Shown here piece by piece: positions 12,787-25,999 of a DNA stretch of 64,000 nt. Where the stretch lies: the NCBI GenBank assembly GCA_030770535.1, contig JASVEC010000017.1:496001-560000 (forward strand), given 5' to 3'. The DNA is from Batkoa obscura. Its lineage: Eukaryota. Every line of letters starts with the position of its first letter. Within the stretch, counting starts at the first letter, position 1. The position numbers and the translations under genes are program-made. A model generated the notes under the pieces. The model was not told the origin of the DNA and searched no databases. It worked only from the letters and a program-made list of their open reading frames with translations.

Positions 12787-13672
12787 ATGGTTAAGAAATA
12801 GTCTTCAACAAACATAATTCAAACGCAGCATTAACAAAAGCATAGGACAGACACCTTGCTCCAGTAAATATTTGAAATTCCCAACCTATGACAAAGTAAT
12901 TGAGCAAGCACAGGAAGTTCCAAATAACGCTTATAAGAAGGATGTCCAGGGATCAATAAAGGGGAATAAGGATTATTTAAATGGTTTGGACCTTTCAACA
13001 CTAATAAGCGACTTAGAAGTTGAAGATTAAAACTCAAGGTAATTATTTATTTCTAATAGGATTTTTCATACTTATCTAATAGTAACTCTTATTAGCTAAC
13101 CACAATGAAACCTATTATATAATTGAACATTGTTACGTAGATAGAGAAAGAAGAAAGTATCAAATAAAACAAAACGATGGATGCAGTATATAGTTAGAAG
13201 GAGTTTGAAATGACCTCTTATATGTCATAAAAAGATAAGATGGATGATCCGAATAAATATGGAAATTTCGTCCATAAATCCGGACAAGAAATTGAAGAGT
13301 ACATCAAATCAAATTCCACTTTCAAGGGGATTAAACTAGCAAAGAACATTTGTATAGGATTATGACAATTTTAGTAAAAAATCAAATAAGCTATAAGAAC
13401 TGAAGCCAATTATCATAATATCACAATAATTATGTATTAAGTAGAAGGCAGTTCAAAGCTTGAAATAGTAACTGGATTGATACATTTATTATAATTCTTA
13501 ACATATGTTTTTAATGTTGTATCTTGTCTGTTTATCGTTACTTGGCCCTTATCCACCATTTATAAAAAAGCCATTGGTAATCATTTAGAGCCTTGATATA
13601 CTATTAATATGTTAGTACATACTTAATTTAATGAAAATCTTAATAACGTTAAAGATATTTCCCATAATTTTT
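12787..13672 (+). pseudogene. Decayed paralog (B1) of the PY-motif family
   Basis: Recognisable FPTYDKVI, SDLEVE, KEFEMTS and CLFIVTWPLS segments with stops, frameshifts and a deletion of most of exon 2. Confidence 0.75.
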
Positions 13673-14055
13673 AATGTTTATGACTGGTGCTTTAGTTCAA
13701 TCTTGACATCCTGAATATATTCTTCTTAAATGATTAAATAATTTTTTAATATCCTTTTTGCAACAAAGGTTTAAAGTCTTGCAAAATTTAAAAGAACAGT
13801 ACCGTTTTTTTAAGAAATTATGGATCTTATTTATAAAATACTCACGTTTTAAAGGCCAAAGTCAAATATTTTATTAATCGTTTTTGTTTAACCCCTAGGT
13901 TAAATATTTTACCATTTTTGGTTTAATGTTAAAGTAGTAAATCAGGGGTGGACTTTATAAAAACAATTCTTATTTTAAATCAATTGTCACGAGTTGCGAA
14001 AAAATTGCTATTTTCGAAACAACATTAATCCTAAGAAGTTTTAAGAATCATAATA

Positions 14056-14156
14056 TGGGGATGTCTTTTTTTGTTTAAGAATTTTACTAACAATTTTCCC
14101 GCTCAAATAGCGCTTAAAAAATGGAAAAAACAATGAAACCAAAAAAACATCCTTCA
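14056..14156 (+). mobile_element. MITE family 1
   Basis: Matches consensus, TA flanks. Confidence 0.85.
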
Positions 14157-15057
14157 TACCTTAAAACTTTGGATTGTTTAATTCGAACAAATTATAGAAT
14201 ATAAATATTAAGAACTTTGACTCTTAATACACAATCTTTTGAATAAATAATATTTTTTAACCAAAAGGTTTACATGCTTTCATAACTACTATTTAATTTG
14301 CTTTATTAAAATATTGCATTTACTAACAAAAAGATTTAAAAACTCTATCGGTGTCACACAATCATATAAATTTTACGAATTTAAACCAAGTTTAAACTGG
14401 AAATTTTATTTTATGATCTTAAGTAAGCCCTTTAGTCCACTCCCCTATATTAATAATGGAAAAGTAACAAAACAGTATTTTTAAAACCTTATCAAATAAA
14501 TGTGGATAATGCTAAAATCTTATTAATACGAGATAAGTAAACAAATTCATTTTTAAATCAATCTATTAAGTATATTATATGCTGCTTTTTTTTATTACTC
14601 ACCCAGATGGAAGACATAGTTTATCTATAAATAATAAAATTTCAAAAGGTGGGTAGGATTAATAAAAATAAAGGAATTCAAGTATTATAAATGAGCTTTA
14701 TCAATAACATCAACCACGGAAGCTCAATCCATGTTGAGATTATATGCTACTTGAATTTTAAATTTTAAGGTGGATTGAAATAGATCAATAGACTTAGGTC
14801 AACGTCAAATGAAGCCTGGCTGTTTTAAAGCTAGTGTTGGTCCAAGTAAATGACTAATTATACTAAAGTAGTGAATATCTCTTAGCTAAGCTTAAATCAA
14901 AATGACATAATAATGTAAAATTAAATGATAAATGGAATAATAAGGTATGATATGCAAGGAAGTATTATTAAAAAATCATAAATATGAAGGATAATTATAT
15001 AAACACAACCAATAAATATAATATCAAAAGAAGAAGCAGTTTTTAAATACAAGTCTG

Positions 15058-15490
15058 TTACTTTCTCAACCAAGGCGAATCTTCATTAAGGGGGGTAGAT
15101 AAACCTTCTGAAGAGGTGAGACTGATACTCGAATATGATCTAGCAAGCCCAAAGTCATCTTCAGTATTGGTATCATAGGGCGATGAAGGTAATATATTGT
15201 TCAAATCAAATAACTCAAATAATGAATAGCTATTAGAGCTTAAGTCACTTTCACTAACGGATTCTAAATCAAACATTAGAGATAATTAAAGCACGATATA
15301 ATAATTTAATATACTTACCAAATAAATCTAATGGTATAATATTGCTTGCAATCGAAAGATAATGACTTTCATCCCTTTGTCCCGTATAATCACTGTAGTC
15401 ATTATAATCGAACTCTTCGTTACCATTAAATAAGCCTTCAAAAGAAATAAAAACTTTAGTTTGATCATTCAAATTAAAATCAAGACTCAT
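15058..15490 (-). CDS. Small acidic/Ser-rich hypothetical protein; intron 15318-15264
   Basis: Two adjacent ORFs joined in frame by a 55-nt GTAAGT...CTAAT...TAG intron. Confidence 0.6.
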
Positions 15491-16028
15491 TTTAGTTTAG
15501 TTTTTTTTTAAAATATTGAAAAAGTAATTTAAGATTTTCTCATAAAAAAAGATTCATGCGTATTTATATTTTTCAAAGGAAAATTTTGGATTGGAATTGA
15601 AGTAAGGGTTAGCAATTTACTTAATTAAGTAACTATAAACTTTTAGCTTGATTATTGGCTGAAATTAAACGAATAAAATCTAGGAATCTATAACTTAAGA
15701 ATTTGTATAAGTATATACTGTAGAAGAGCTAAAGTTTGGAGTTATTTGCAATAAATCGGCCAATAATAAAGCATAACATTATCCAACTATTTTCCAAAAT
15801 ATCCCTTTTTTAACCATATAACAATAGCCTAAGCTATGAGGTAAATGTTCAAATTTGCTTTTGCAAACTGGTCAATAGTTTAATTTAATATTTCTCAATC
15901 ATCAAGTCATGAGGATCTACTTACTTAGTAGCTTTTTAAGCTTTTTAAAATTGATATCATAAATACATCTTTTAATTAAAAGCTGAAAGCTTTATAAAAA
16001 TCAGATTTTATTTTTAAAAAGTAATACT

Positions 16029-16509
16029 TGTGAAAGTTGATACTCAGTGGTCGGAGTTAAAAGCTACTCTTGCTTAATTAACTTGCCTTGAGTCGAACGG
16101 TCTTACTTTATGTAACTAACATAGACTTAACTTAATAGAAATAGTACGTAATAAGCTACGAATTATGTAAAACAAATATAATGGAAGATACTACTATAAA
16201 ATCTATGTAAGATGTTGTCAGAAAGACTCAGTGACTTTATTAATGATACGTTATCAGGGAGTAATCCAATTAAAAAGCCTCGAGTTAGTATGTAAAAGAA
16301 TCTCTTTTATACTCCAACTGGGTGGCTATATATAAGGAACATTATAGTAGTTATTCCTTATTATAGTTGCCAAGCATGGACATTAAAACGTGGACAATAA
16401 GTTCTTCATGATCAGGTGGTAGCAATTCTCACAGCAAATCTATACAAGGAACTCTGAATTGATTATTATATTATAATCAATCCTAGAGCTAATGAACCGA
16501 TATTTCACA
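16029..16509 (-). mobile_element. Solo LTR A (chimeric, no matching TSD)
   Basis: TGTGAAA/TTTCACA ends; flanks TACT/ACTA. Confidence 0.88.
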
Positions 16510-16770
16510 ACTACTAATTAAATTAATAATTAAAGTATATACAGGGATGTTTAAATTAATTTCAGAATTTATTCAAAAATCAATCCAAATTTTAGACTTT
16601 TAAATTTGTAAGTCCTTAACATATAATCAATTAAATTTAGAAAGCTTAAAATTAAATATAAAAATTTAACTTAAAAGGCTTGTTTTAATTGTTTTTTTTT
16701 TAAAATAATTAAAAAATTAAGTATATGTTTTGTATTATTTTTTTAAAATGTTTAATAAATACATAATATA

Positions 16771-17473
16771 TAAAGATGTGTTTTTATGTTTAAAAATTTT
16801 ACTAATAATTTTTTGCTTAAATACCATTTAAAAAATTAAAAAATTGATAAAGTGTGAAATATTGGTTTATCAGCTCTCGGATTAATTATAAGATAATAAT
16901 CATTGAACTTGTTTACAAAACTAGTTGTAGTCTTGTAATCAATTTGACCGTGATCCATGTGGTACAATCAATCCAGAGTCCCTTATTTTGATTTGCTACG
17001 AGAATTTCCAACTGCATATTGCAAAGAATATTATCCTATCGTTTTGATATCCATACTTGTTGGAGTATAAAAGAGATCCTTCAACATACTAACTCGAAGT
17101 TTTCTAACTGAATTACTTCCTGATATCGTACTATTAATAAAGCCACTAAGTCTCTCTGACAACATCTTACTTAGATTTTACAGTAGTATTGTCTATTCTA
17201 TTTGTTTTACATAGTTCGTAGCTTATTACATATTATTCATATTCATTTAGGTCTATCTTAGTTCTATAAACTAAGATTGTTCGACTCAAGGCAAGTTAAT
17301 CAACCAAGAACTGCTTTTAACTCCTACTACTGAGTACCAACTGCCACAAAAGCCAAAAAAAGCACCTTTATATGGGGATGTATTTTTCTGTTTAAGAATT
17401 TTACTAGCAACCTTTCCACTCAAATAGCGCTTAAAAGATAGAAAAAGTAATGAAACCAAAAAAAACATCCCCA
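16771..17473 (+). mobile_element. Two tandem MITE-1 copies (16771-17370, split by LTR B; 17373-17473) sharing a TA
   Basis: Halves rejoin across the TSD. Confidence 0.8.
16853..17348 (+). mobile_element. Solo LTR B, inserted in a MITE, TSD AAAG
   Basis: AAAG-TGTGAAAT...CCACA-AAAG. Confidence 0.9.
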
Positions 17474-17819
17474 TATAAATATAACTATTCGACTTTACTT
17501 TTTATTAAAATAAAAACAAAATGCAAGCTTTTATAACTAAACTTCGAAATAAGACTTTTAAAATTTATTTATATTAATTTTAATAATTATCTATAATAAC
17601 CTAAAATTTATGAAACTTTATAATAAAACAATATATACATATATATTATTAGAATTTATTATTAATAATAATAAACTTAATTAGGTAATATGTAAAATTA
17701 ATCCTTTAAAGAAAATAGGAAATAAAAATCAATAAATAGCATTACTATCAATTATAGCTTTAATATGTTTTTTTAATAAATATAAAAAAGCTAAAAATGA
17801 CTAAATTAAAATCATTATA

Positions 17820-18021
17820 TGGGGATGTTTTTTTTGGTTTCATCACTTTTCCATTTTTTAAGCGCTATTTAAGTGGAAAAACTGCTAGTAAAATTCTTAA
17901 ACAAAAAAATACATCCCCATATAGGGATGTCTCTTTTTGTTTAAAATTTTACTAACAACCTTTCCACTCAAATAGCGCTTAAAAAATGGAAAGAACAACG
18001 AAGCCAAAAAAAACACCCCCA
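17820..18021. mobile_element. Inverted pair of MITE-1 copies (17820-17919 and 17922-18021) sharing a TA
   Basis: Forms a ~200-bp imperfect palindrome. Confidence 0.85.
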
Positions 18022-18262
18022 TATAATATTTATTTGATAATTTAACTATTTCATCAAAATTTAATAAAAAAGTAATAATAATAAAAGATATTCATTAGAT
18101 AATATACATATTGAATAAAAGCAAAAAAACAATACATAGTAAATACTTTAATGACTTAAAAGATAAAGCAGTACCTAGGTTAATATTTTTTTAAATATAT
18201 ACCAAATAACCTTAAAAATGCAGCAAAAAAAACAGATCTATGTAGTATATATGCCTAGTATG

Positions 18263-18827
18263 TGGGGGTGTTTTTTTTGGCTTCGTTGTTCTATGAAATA
18301 TTGCTTTATTTAGCTCTCGGATTGATTATAACATAACAATCACTTAAGTTGTTGTGTTCTCAAGTTCAAATACAATCAAGTCCGAGTCCCTTATTTTGAT
18401 TTGTTGCGAGAATTTCTAACTTCATATTGCAAAGAATATTACCTCCTTTTAATATCCATACTTATTGGTGTATAAAAGAGATTCTTCAATATGATAACTC
18501 AAGGCTTTTTAATTGGATTACTCCCTGATAACGTATCATTAATAAAGTCACTGAGTCTTTCTGACAACATCTTACATAGATTTTATAGTAGTATCTTCCA
18601 TTATATTTGTTTTACATAATTCGTAGCTTATTACGTACTATTTCTATTAAGTTAAGTCTATGTTAGTTACATAAAGTAAGACCGTTCGACTCAAGGCAAG
18701 TTAATTAAGCAAGAGTAGCTTTTAACTCCGACCACTGAGTATCAACTTTCACAGTTCTTTCCATTTTTTAAGCGCTATTTGAGTGGAAAGGTTGTCAGTA
18801 AGATTCTTAAACAAAAAACACATCTCA
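18263..18827 (-). mobile_element. MITE-1 copy split by LTR C
   Basis: Halves rejoin across the GTTC TSD. Confidence 0.85.
18292..18753 (+). mobile_element. Solo LTR C, inserted in a MITE, TSD GTTC
   Basis: GTTC-TATGAAAT...TTTCACA-GTTC. Confidence 0.92.
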
Positions 18828-19372
18828 TATGGGGATGTCCGAATTGGTTTCATTTTTTTATCTAATTTTTAAGTTCCTACATTTTGGAAACTTTGTTTAA
18901 AATTCTATAAAAATTTTATAAAAACCAAAAGTACCTGACACAATTTTAAATTATTTTATTGTATTATATTCTAAGTTAGCAGAATTTCTACTAAATTTAG
19001 TAGAAATTCCCGGGCTAGCAAGACTCTTAATAATATAGCCTATATATTAATATTAATCAAAGTTATAACATGTAAATAAATACATATTCCTGTAAAACTT
19101 CATCGAAAAATATTTATTGTTAACTGCTTTATAGCCAATATTGCAAATTTGCTATCAAATAAATAAATTATTTTAATATTATAATTATATTACTAGTATA
19201 TTATTAAGTTAGTAAATAGCTGGATGGGAGGGATTAGTTAGCTTTAAAACTATAATTAACCATCTTTATATAATATAAGCAATATAATAATAGTTTTTAT
19301 TTATTATTACAGTTACTTGCTCTTTGACTATTTATTAACTTAGATATTAATAATTTAAGTAATATTAACATT

Positions 19373-19576
19373 TGGGAGTGTTTTTTTCGGCTTCATTACT
19401 TTTTCTATCTTTTAAGCGCTATTTGAGTGAAAAAATTGTCAGTAAAATTCTTAAACACAAAAATATATCCCCATATGAGGATGTTTTTTTTGGTTTCATT
19501 ATTTTTTCTATCTTTTAAGCGCTATTTGAGTGGAAAGGTTGTTATTAAAATTCTTAAACATAAAAATACATCCCCA
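19373..19576 (-). mobile_element. Two direct tandem MITE-1 copies (19373-19473, 19476-19576) sharing a TA
   Basis: Match consensus. Confidence 0.85.
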
Positions 19577-19860
19577 TATAATGTTTTATTTCTGATAAAA
19601 TTTTCAAATTATTTCTTTATCTAAACTCCTGTAATATTTATCTATTTAATAAGATGGTTATTAAATTCTATAGCCACTCAGCAATTTTTATTGCTTCACC
19701 TTTAATAGCTACTCAATTGATATTTTAAATCATCCTCACTACAATGACTAAATTATTTACAAGCTTTACTGCGAAGTCTAATAACAGCTAAAGTCAAATT
19801 TAATATCAGAACTTTTTTAAATTTAGAAAAGGGTATATTCAATAAAAATAAATTATTTAT

Positions 19861-20484
19861 TTAATCATAACTTATTGCAAAAAGCATGACTAACAAAAAT
19901 ATCTTTAAATCTTCAATATCGAGATTAGGATAAACATATAAGATGGAGTCTTTAAATACATGAGATTCATATTTTAGTAGAATATTGTTAGGTTCTTCTT
20001 TAGAATAAAGGATCCAACTAATAGGGATATTTGAATTATTTATAACATGATATTCAATAATTTGATCATCAAATTTAGTTAAACGAATAATAAAATGTCT
20101 TCTTAATTGAAATGATTTACGAACTAATTGTAAGTTAGTATATAACTTTGAATGTTTACCAATATATTCAATATCCCATTTGATTTTATGACTAAAGTAA
20201 CGAATGTTTTTAACTTTAAGCTTGTCTTCTTCATTATCATAAAGTTTTCCACTGACTGTTTTTGTCTTTATCTTGAATCTTGTGTCCAGACTTTGTTGAT
20301 TAATGCAGTTAAAATCTCGCCATAAAAAGCCTTGACGTTGAATTTTATATCTTTCATAGTTATGAGAAATTAAACTACTTGTAGTTGGAAATTCAAGTGT
20401 TGGATCTTCGTAATAAGAAGGTAATTCCTCATCATCCTCATCATGATTTGAATTAGATAAAAACTGGCTTTTTGTCTTGATCAT
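19861..20484 (-). CDS. Hypothetical protein with N-terminal acidic tract and LPSY (PY-like) motif
   Basis: Intact ~207-aa ORF from ATG 20484 in AT-rich DNA. Confidence 0.6.
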   Translation of the reverse strand: MIKTKSQFLSNSNHDEDDEELPSYYEDPTLEFPTTSSLISHNYERYKIQRQGFLWRDFNCINQQSLDTRFKIKTKTVSGKLYDNEEDKLKVKNIRYFSHKIKWDIEYIGKHSKLYTNLQLVRKSFQLRRHFIIRLTKFDDQIIEYHVINNSNIPISWILYSKEEPNNILLKYESHVFKDSILYVYPNLDIEDLKIFLLVMLFAISYD

Positions 20485-20966
20485 TAACACTTATTATTTT
20501 TTTAATAATCTCTCAAATATATTCAACTGTCTTTATATACTTGTTTGGTTTTATAATAATAAACATGATTAAGCTTTCTTTTCTATTTAGAAATTTATTG
20601 CTTTTCTAAAAAGGTAAATTCATATTTTTATTTCGCCTTTTTATATTCAATGGATTATTATTTTTTAAAATATACACTTTTTTTAGGCGGATTTCAAGTA
20701 GAATAATCAATTCTTTTTGAAATCCTCAGAGTATAACTAAATAAAGATGTCCGCTTTTAAACAAATTAGTTTATAATAACATTGTTATTATAAATATTAA
20801 GTATAGTTTTAATATATATTTTTATTTGATATTTATCAATTTGTTTAAAATTAATTTAAAAAAATTAAAGATTTAAGTTGTATTTAAATATGCTTAGTAT
20901 AGTATTTAGATAGTTAGGTTTTTTATTATTGTTTGTTAATTAACTTTACTATAGTATATACATATA

Positions 20967-21064
20967 TGGGGGTGTTTTTTTTGGTTTCATCCCTTTTTCT
21001 ATTTTTTAAGCGCTATTTGAGCGGAAAGATTGTTAGTAAAATTCTTATAAAAAATACATCCCCA
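20967..21064 (-). mobile_element. MITE family 1
   Basis: Matches consensus, TA flanks. Confidence 0.85.
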
Positions 21065-21561
21065 TATAAATCTTAATTATTCAAAACTTTTACATAAGTT
21101 ATATTGTTGACTTTTAGTCCCATCTGAGTTGTTGAATTTTATGTAAGATATTTAAAATTATGCTCCTATAGTAATTTGAAGCTCAAAAGGTAAGATGCTA
21201 TTAAAGTAAAATTTAACTAACTAATTAGAGTATATTTATATCTTATAGTACTATGGATATATCTTGTGAATTGAGTCTGAATTTAAAGTTTATTTCATTT
21301 CAAAATTAAAGTTAATAGCTAAAGGAAAGTTTGAATCAATCACAAAATCAAACTTGATAGGCTTATTTTTATAGTTAATTCCAATATCTTAAGATAAATT
21401 CATTCTCCATATCACCGGAAATCTTCTAAAAACAAGTTCAAAGAATGACATGTTATTCTACTGCGCAAATTAGCTCCAAACTCTTGGCAATTAAATTTGT
21501 TATAAAGACAAGCAAAAATTAATAATACATCTCTTTTATTTTTAATTAAAATTATCTTAAA

Positions 21562-22531
21562 ATGGTTTCCAATAAGGATACTACAACTATGAGTTTAGAA
21601 GAAGTGGTTTGTTCTAACGAATATTCGGGGTTACCAACTTATGAGCAAGTGATTGGAGAAAGCCTTGAATTTACCGAAAGCAATGGTAAGCAAACATGAG
21701 TAAATAATCAAAACAAACAATTAATAATAATAACAATTTAGAGTCTCATTCGCTACCAACTGATTTAGAAATTGAAATTTCACAAAGTGGAATATTATCC
21801 CATGATGAACGATTAAATCAAGATACTACCTTATTAAAAAACTTTATCTATACATATAATACTAAACCTGGAATGAAAATTTGTATTCAAGGTAATTATC
21901 ATAACTTTTATTGATTTTTTACAAATAGTAATTTTTAAATATTAATTTAGGAGAACGTAAAGAAAGTTATGAAGTCACTGAAATTTATTATGAGAATAAT
22001 GAAAAAAAAGAACGGCAAGTAAAGAAAACTAGGGATATAATTGATTTTAGTAAAGTATTTGATTTAACGAATTATATATCACAAAAGGGTAAAATTTATA
22101 ATTCAAACAAAGTTGAGGACTCAGAATTCAAATTAGAACAAGAAATTAATGATTATATTCAATCAAAAGCTAAATTAAAAGAATTCAAATTTACAAAAGA
22201 AGTGATATGGGATTATGATTTATTAGCTCAAAAAGTAAAAAAAGTATTAAGAATGGAAGGTTATCGTCATAAAATTTGTATTAATTATATGCTTGATAGA
22301 AAAGAAATTATTGTAAGAAAAGAAAATTGGGTCAACACATTTATTAATAATCCTTTATTTGTGGCACTTAATGTGGTATCTCTCGCTTTCATTATTACTT
22401 GGCCTTTATCGGCTATCTTTAAAGAAACTTATTGTGATAATTTAAAATCCAAATTCACTATGAATATATCAGCAAACACTTGGTTTCAAAAAAATCTTTT
22501 TGACATTAAAGAGATTATTTACGAGATTTAG
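21562..22531 (+). CDS. PY-motif family, copy A2; introns 21686-21741 and ~21892-21950
   Basis: Collinear with A1: LPTYEQ, DERLNQD, FDLT, WDYD, WPLS, MNISANTW. Confidence 0.8.
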
Positions 22532-22947
22532 AGAGTTATAATAATTATTATTAATTAGTTATTAATCAATTATTATCCTTCATTTGTTTGCCTTTTTTTC
22601 TTTATATAATTGAGTTACCTTGACGTTTTCTTTTTATAATAAAACATTAAGTATTCTATTCTATTATTTTAATTAACAGATAGATATTTTTTATAAGATA
22701 CATGACTATATATACAAAGTATTCATACTTTAAAAATAAAAGATTTTTGCATTGTATTTGGTAACACCTCATTATTTTAAATTAATCGGCTCTTAAAATG
22801 GGTTTATCGGTTAATATAAATAACCAAATGATCAGTTTTCCGTTACTGCGTAATTCATTCAAACTTTGGAAAATAGAAAATAGAAAATAAGTTGATGTGT
22901 TTAAACTACAAAAATCTATTAAAATTTTTTACTTTTTTATTTAAAAA

Positions 22948-23912
22948 ATGATTTCCGACAAAGACATTTCAAGCATAAACGAAGGAGAGATAGCTTGTTG
23001 TAGTAAACATACCGATTTACCAACTTATGAAGAAGTAGTTGGGTATACGCCCAAAGTCTCAATAGATAATAATAAAAAAGGTATTAAGGAATCAACTGAA
23101 TCAAACGAGGATGATACACTTGATTTAGAACTTCCAGCATTGCCAAGTGACTTAGAAGTTGAATTTTCTAATACTGGAGTAATTTCGCAAGATGAAAGGT
23201 TAAATCAAGATAGTTTATTATTGAAAAGCTTTATTTATACATACAATGTAAAACCTGAGTTGAGGATACATATCCAAGGTAATTATATTTAATTAATGGC
23301 TTATAGATATGAATTTTTTATTTTATACTAGGAACTCATAAAGAAATATATTATATCACTCAAACTTACTATGAAAATAAAGTACAAAAAGAACGTCGCA
23401 TAGAGAAAGCGCGTAATATAGTAGATTTTGAAAAAGAATTTGATTTAACATCATTTGTATCACCAAAGGGTAAGATACATAATCCAAATAAATATGTAAG
23501 CGTGGAACAAGAATTGGAACAAGAGATTGAAAACTATATTAATTCAGAGGCAAAGTTAAAGGAACTTAAAATAGTAAAGGAAGTAAATTGGGATTATGAC
23601 AAGTTAAATCAAAAAATCAAAAAAATAATAAGAATGAGCGGTTATCCCCACACTGTTAGTATTGATTACACATTGAATAGAAAGCAAATTAGAGTTAGAA
23701 GTAATAATTTTGTTAATACTTGTATCAATAACCCTTTTTATATGGCTTTTAACGTTGTATCTTGTTTATTTATTGTCACTTGGCCTTTGTCAATGGTCTA
23801 TAAAAAAGAATATGGTAACCGATTAATATCCACTTTTAATATGGATATCTCAGTAAACACCTGGCTTACAGAGAACCTTGAGGATATTAAGGATATTATT
23901 TATGAAGTTTAA
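22948..23912 (+). CDS. PY-motif family, copy B2; intron ~23279-23331 and a possible in-frame intron 23081-23128
   Basis: ORFs 22948-23292 and 23502-23912 joined by GT-AG; same motifs as paralogs. Confidence 0.8.
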
Positions 23913-24527
23913 TAGTTACATTGGATGTTTTAATTCAATTAATGATAGGTTGTAGATATTTTGTTATAGTTAAATTGTTTTATACTATTTTTTAATAAAG
24001 GTTATCAATTGTGTTAACAAATTTTAATAAAAATACTACTTTTTTAAATACTGATTTTCATTTAAAAACAATCATAATTTTTTGACTAAAGATTAATTGC
24101 TAGTTACAATAGCGACTATTTTTAAAAAGTTTACTAAACAAGTATATATTATACTAAACTTCAATTAATAAACAATAAACAAACAAACCAAACTTAAATA
24201 TATTAAAATACTATCCAAACCTTTAATTTTGAAGCGGTAATCAAATAAGTTAATAAATATCAAATAAAAAACAAATCACTTATTAATGGAAGTAAAAATC
24301 AAATCTTATTAATGTTTATTATTATAAACTAATTTGTTTAAAAGCAATACTTATGTAATTACAACTAATTCAGATCAATGTGCACTGCTTAATTGTTGGT
24401 TTCATAAAATAATTTCAGACACAAAGCTCACTGAAGACTAAGGGGATTGAGCTAAAAAAAATCAGCTATACAAATAACTGACCAAAAACTCATATTTGGC
24501 ATCATTAAGAATCAGCCAACAATCACA

Positions 24528-24599
24528 AGGTCCCACCGAGAATCGAACTCGGATTACAAGGATCAAAACCTTGGGTGCTAACCATTACACCATGGAACC
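24528..24599 (-). tRNA. tRNA-Gln (UUG)
   Basis: GGTTCCATGGTGTAATGGTTAGCAC...CAAGG TTTTGAT CCTTG...GAGTTCGATTCTC GGTGGGACCT; cloverleaf, 72 nt. Confidence 0.95.
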
Positions 24600-24774
24600 A
24601 ACAATTAATATTTATTGAGGTTTGGATATATATAAACAATTCTAAGCTTAAAATAAATAAAAGTAAATAGTTATTTAAAATAATTTATTAGAATATATTT
24701 GATTATCCTTTAGAAACTTTACTATCAAACCATATTATAAGCTATGGTTATTATAAAAGACTAAAATGTGAGCT

Positions 24775-25736
24775 TTACCAAACATTCGAAATCTTATCAC
24801 AAACTGCTTGTACGTTTTGATCAAACCAAGTATTGGTCGAAATATTCATTGTAAAAGTGGATCTTAAGGAGGCAGCGTAATTCTTTTTCAGAAAATAAGC
24901 CATAGGCCAAGTAAAAACACAAAGACAAGAAATAACTTGAATAACTTTACAGTATGGATCATGGATACATGTATTTGCCCAATTATTTTCTTGTATCTTA
25001 ATACGCTGATTGGTCATTGGATATTCAACTGTTATATAATTACGGTATCCTAATCGACGTATTGTATTGGTTATAGCTTGTGTCAACGCTTCATAATCCC
25101 ATGATACTTCTTTAACAACCTTGAGTTCTTTCAAGTATTTCTCAGATGCTATGTATTGAGAGATAGCTTGATCTACTTCTTCTTCTGCTTGTCCTTCCAA
25201 TTTCGGATTGTGAATCATCCCTATTTCGGAAACGTATTGACTTACATCAAATGATAACTCAAAGTCAATTTCTTTAACTTCTCTTAATTCCGTTCTTGAT
25301 TTGGTTTCCCCATCTTCTTGATAGTAAACAATTTCAATGTGACTTTCCATTCTATAGCCTATAAAAATAAATATTATATATATATATACAATTTGATATA
25401 TTTACCTTCAATATTTATAGACATTTTTGGCTTGGAATTATTAGAATAGATAAAGTTTTTCAACAGCTGTTCATTTTTATTTAATACCGGATCTCTCGAT
25501 ATTATTCCTCTTTTTGACACCTCAAACTCAATATCCTTTGGTACTGGCGTATAACTTGGCGGATAATTTAGACCTAAATTTCCCAATTTTTCCGTGGCAT
25601 GAGAAAGTGAATTTTCAACCTTCAAAGGTGTTTGTATTCCTTGTTTTATTGCTTCTTCATAAGTTGGTAAGCCTGTATTATCCTTACTCCCTTGCTCTTC
25701 ATTGCCACTGTATGGCCCAAACTCATAAGCTACCAT
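24775..25736 (-). CDS. PY-motif family, most divergent copy; intron 25405-25359
   Basis: LPTYEE and PPSY motifs, DPVLNK, DFELSFDVS, WDYE, WPMA, MNISTNTW. Confidence 0.85.
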
Positions 25737-25999
25737 TTTTTAATTTTATTAAAACAATTTGATGCTTAAACTTATGCTTATTAAATTTTATAACACAGCA
25801 TTTACAAAAAATCTGAGTAACCAATTATTTCCATTACACCTTATTTTTTGTTCTTTTACATTAGTGATAGAATATCAAATGACTGATGAAAATAAGGAAA
25901 GAAGGTTTGAGCATGATTGGATGAAATTGAGGGATATAATTACCTTTTGCTAAAATATAAGGGCATCATCAGAAATTTGTTTGATCGTTAGTTTAAAAT

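Noticed and set aside
18983..19004. AATTTCTACTAA...GTAGA resembles a Cas12a repeat
   Set aside because: Single copy, no spacers or cas genes, eukaryotic context; explained by the palindrome
17286..19624. Short similar ORFs (also at 34432 and 40952) with SFKRYLS/KILKQK
   Set aside because: Chance translations of MITE-1
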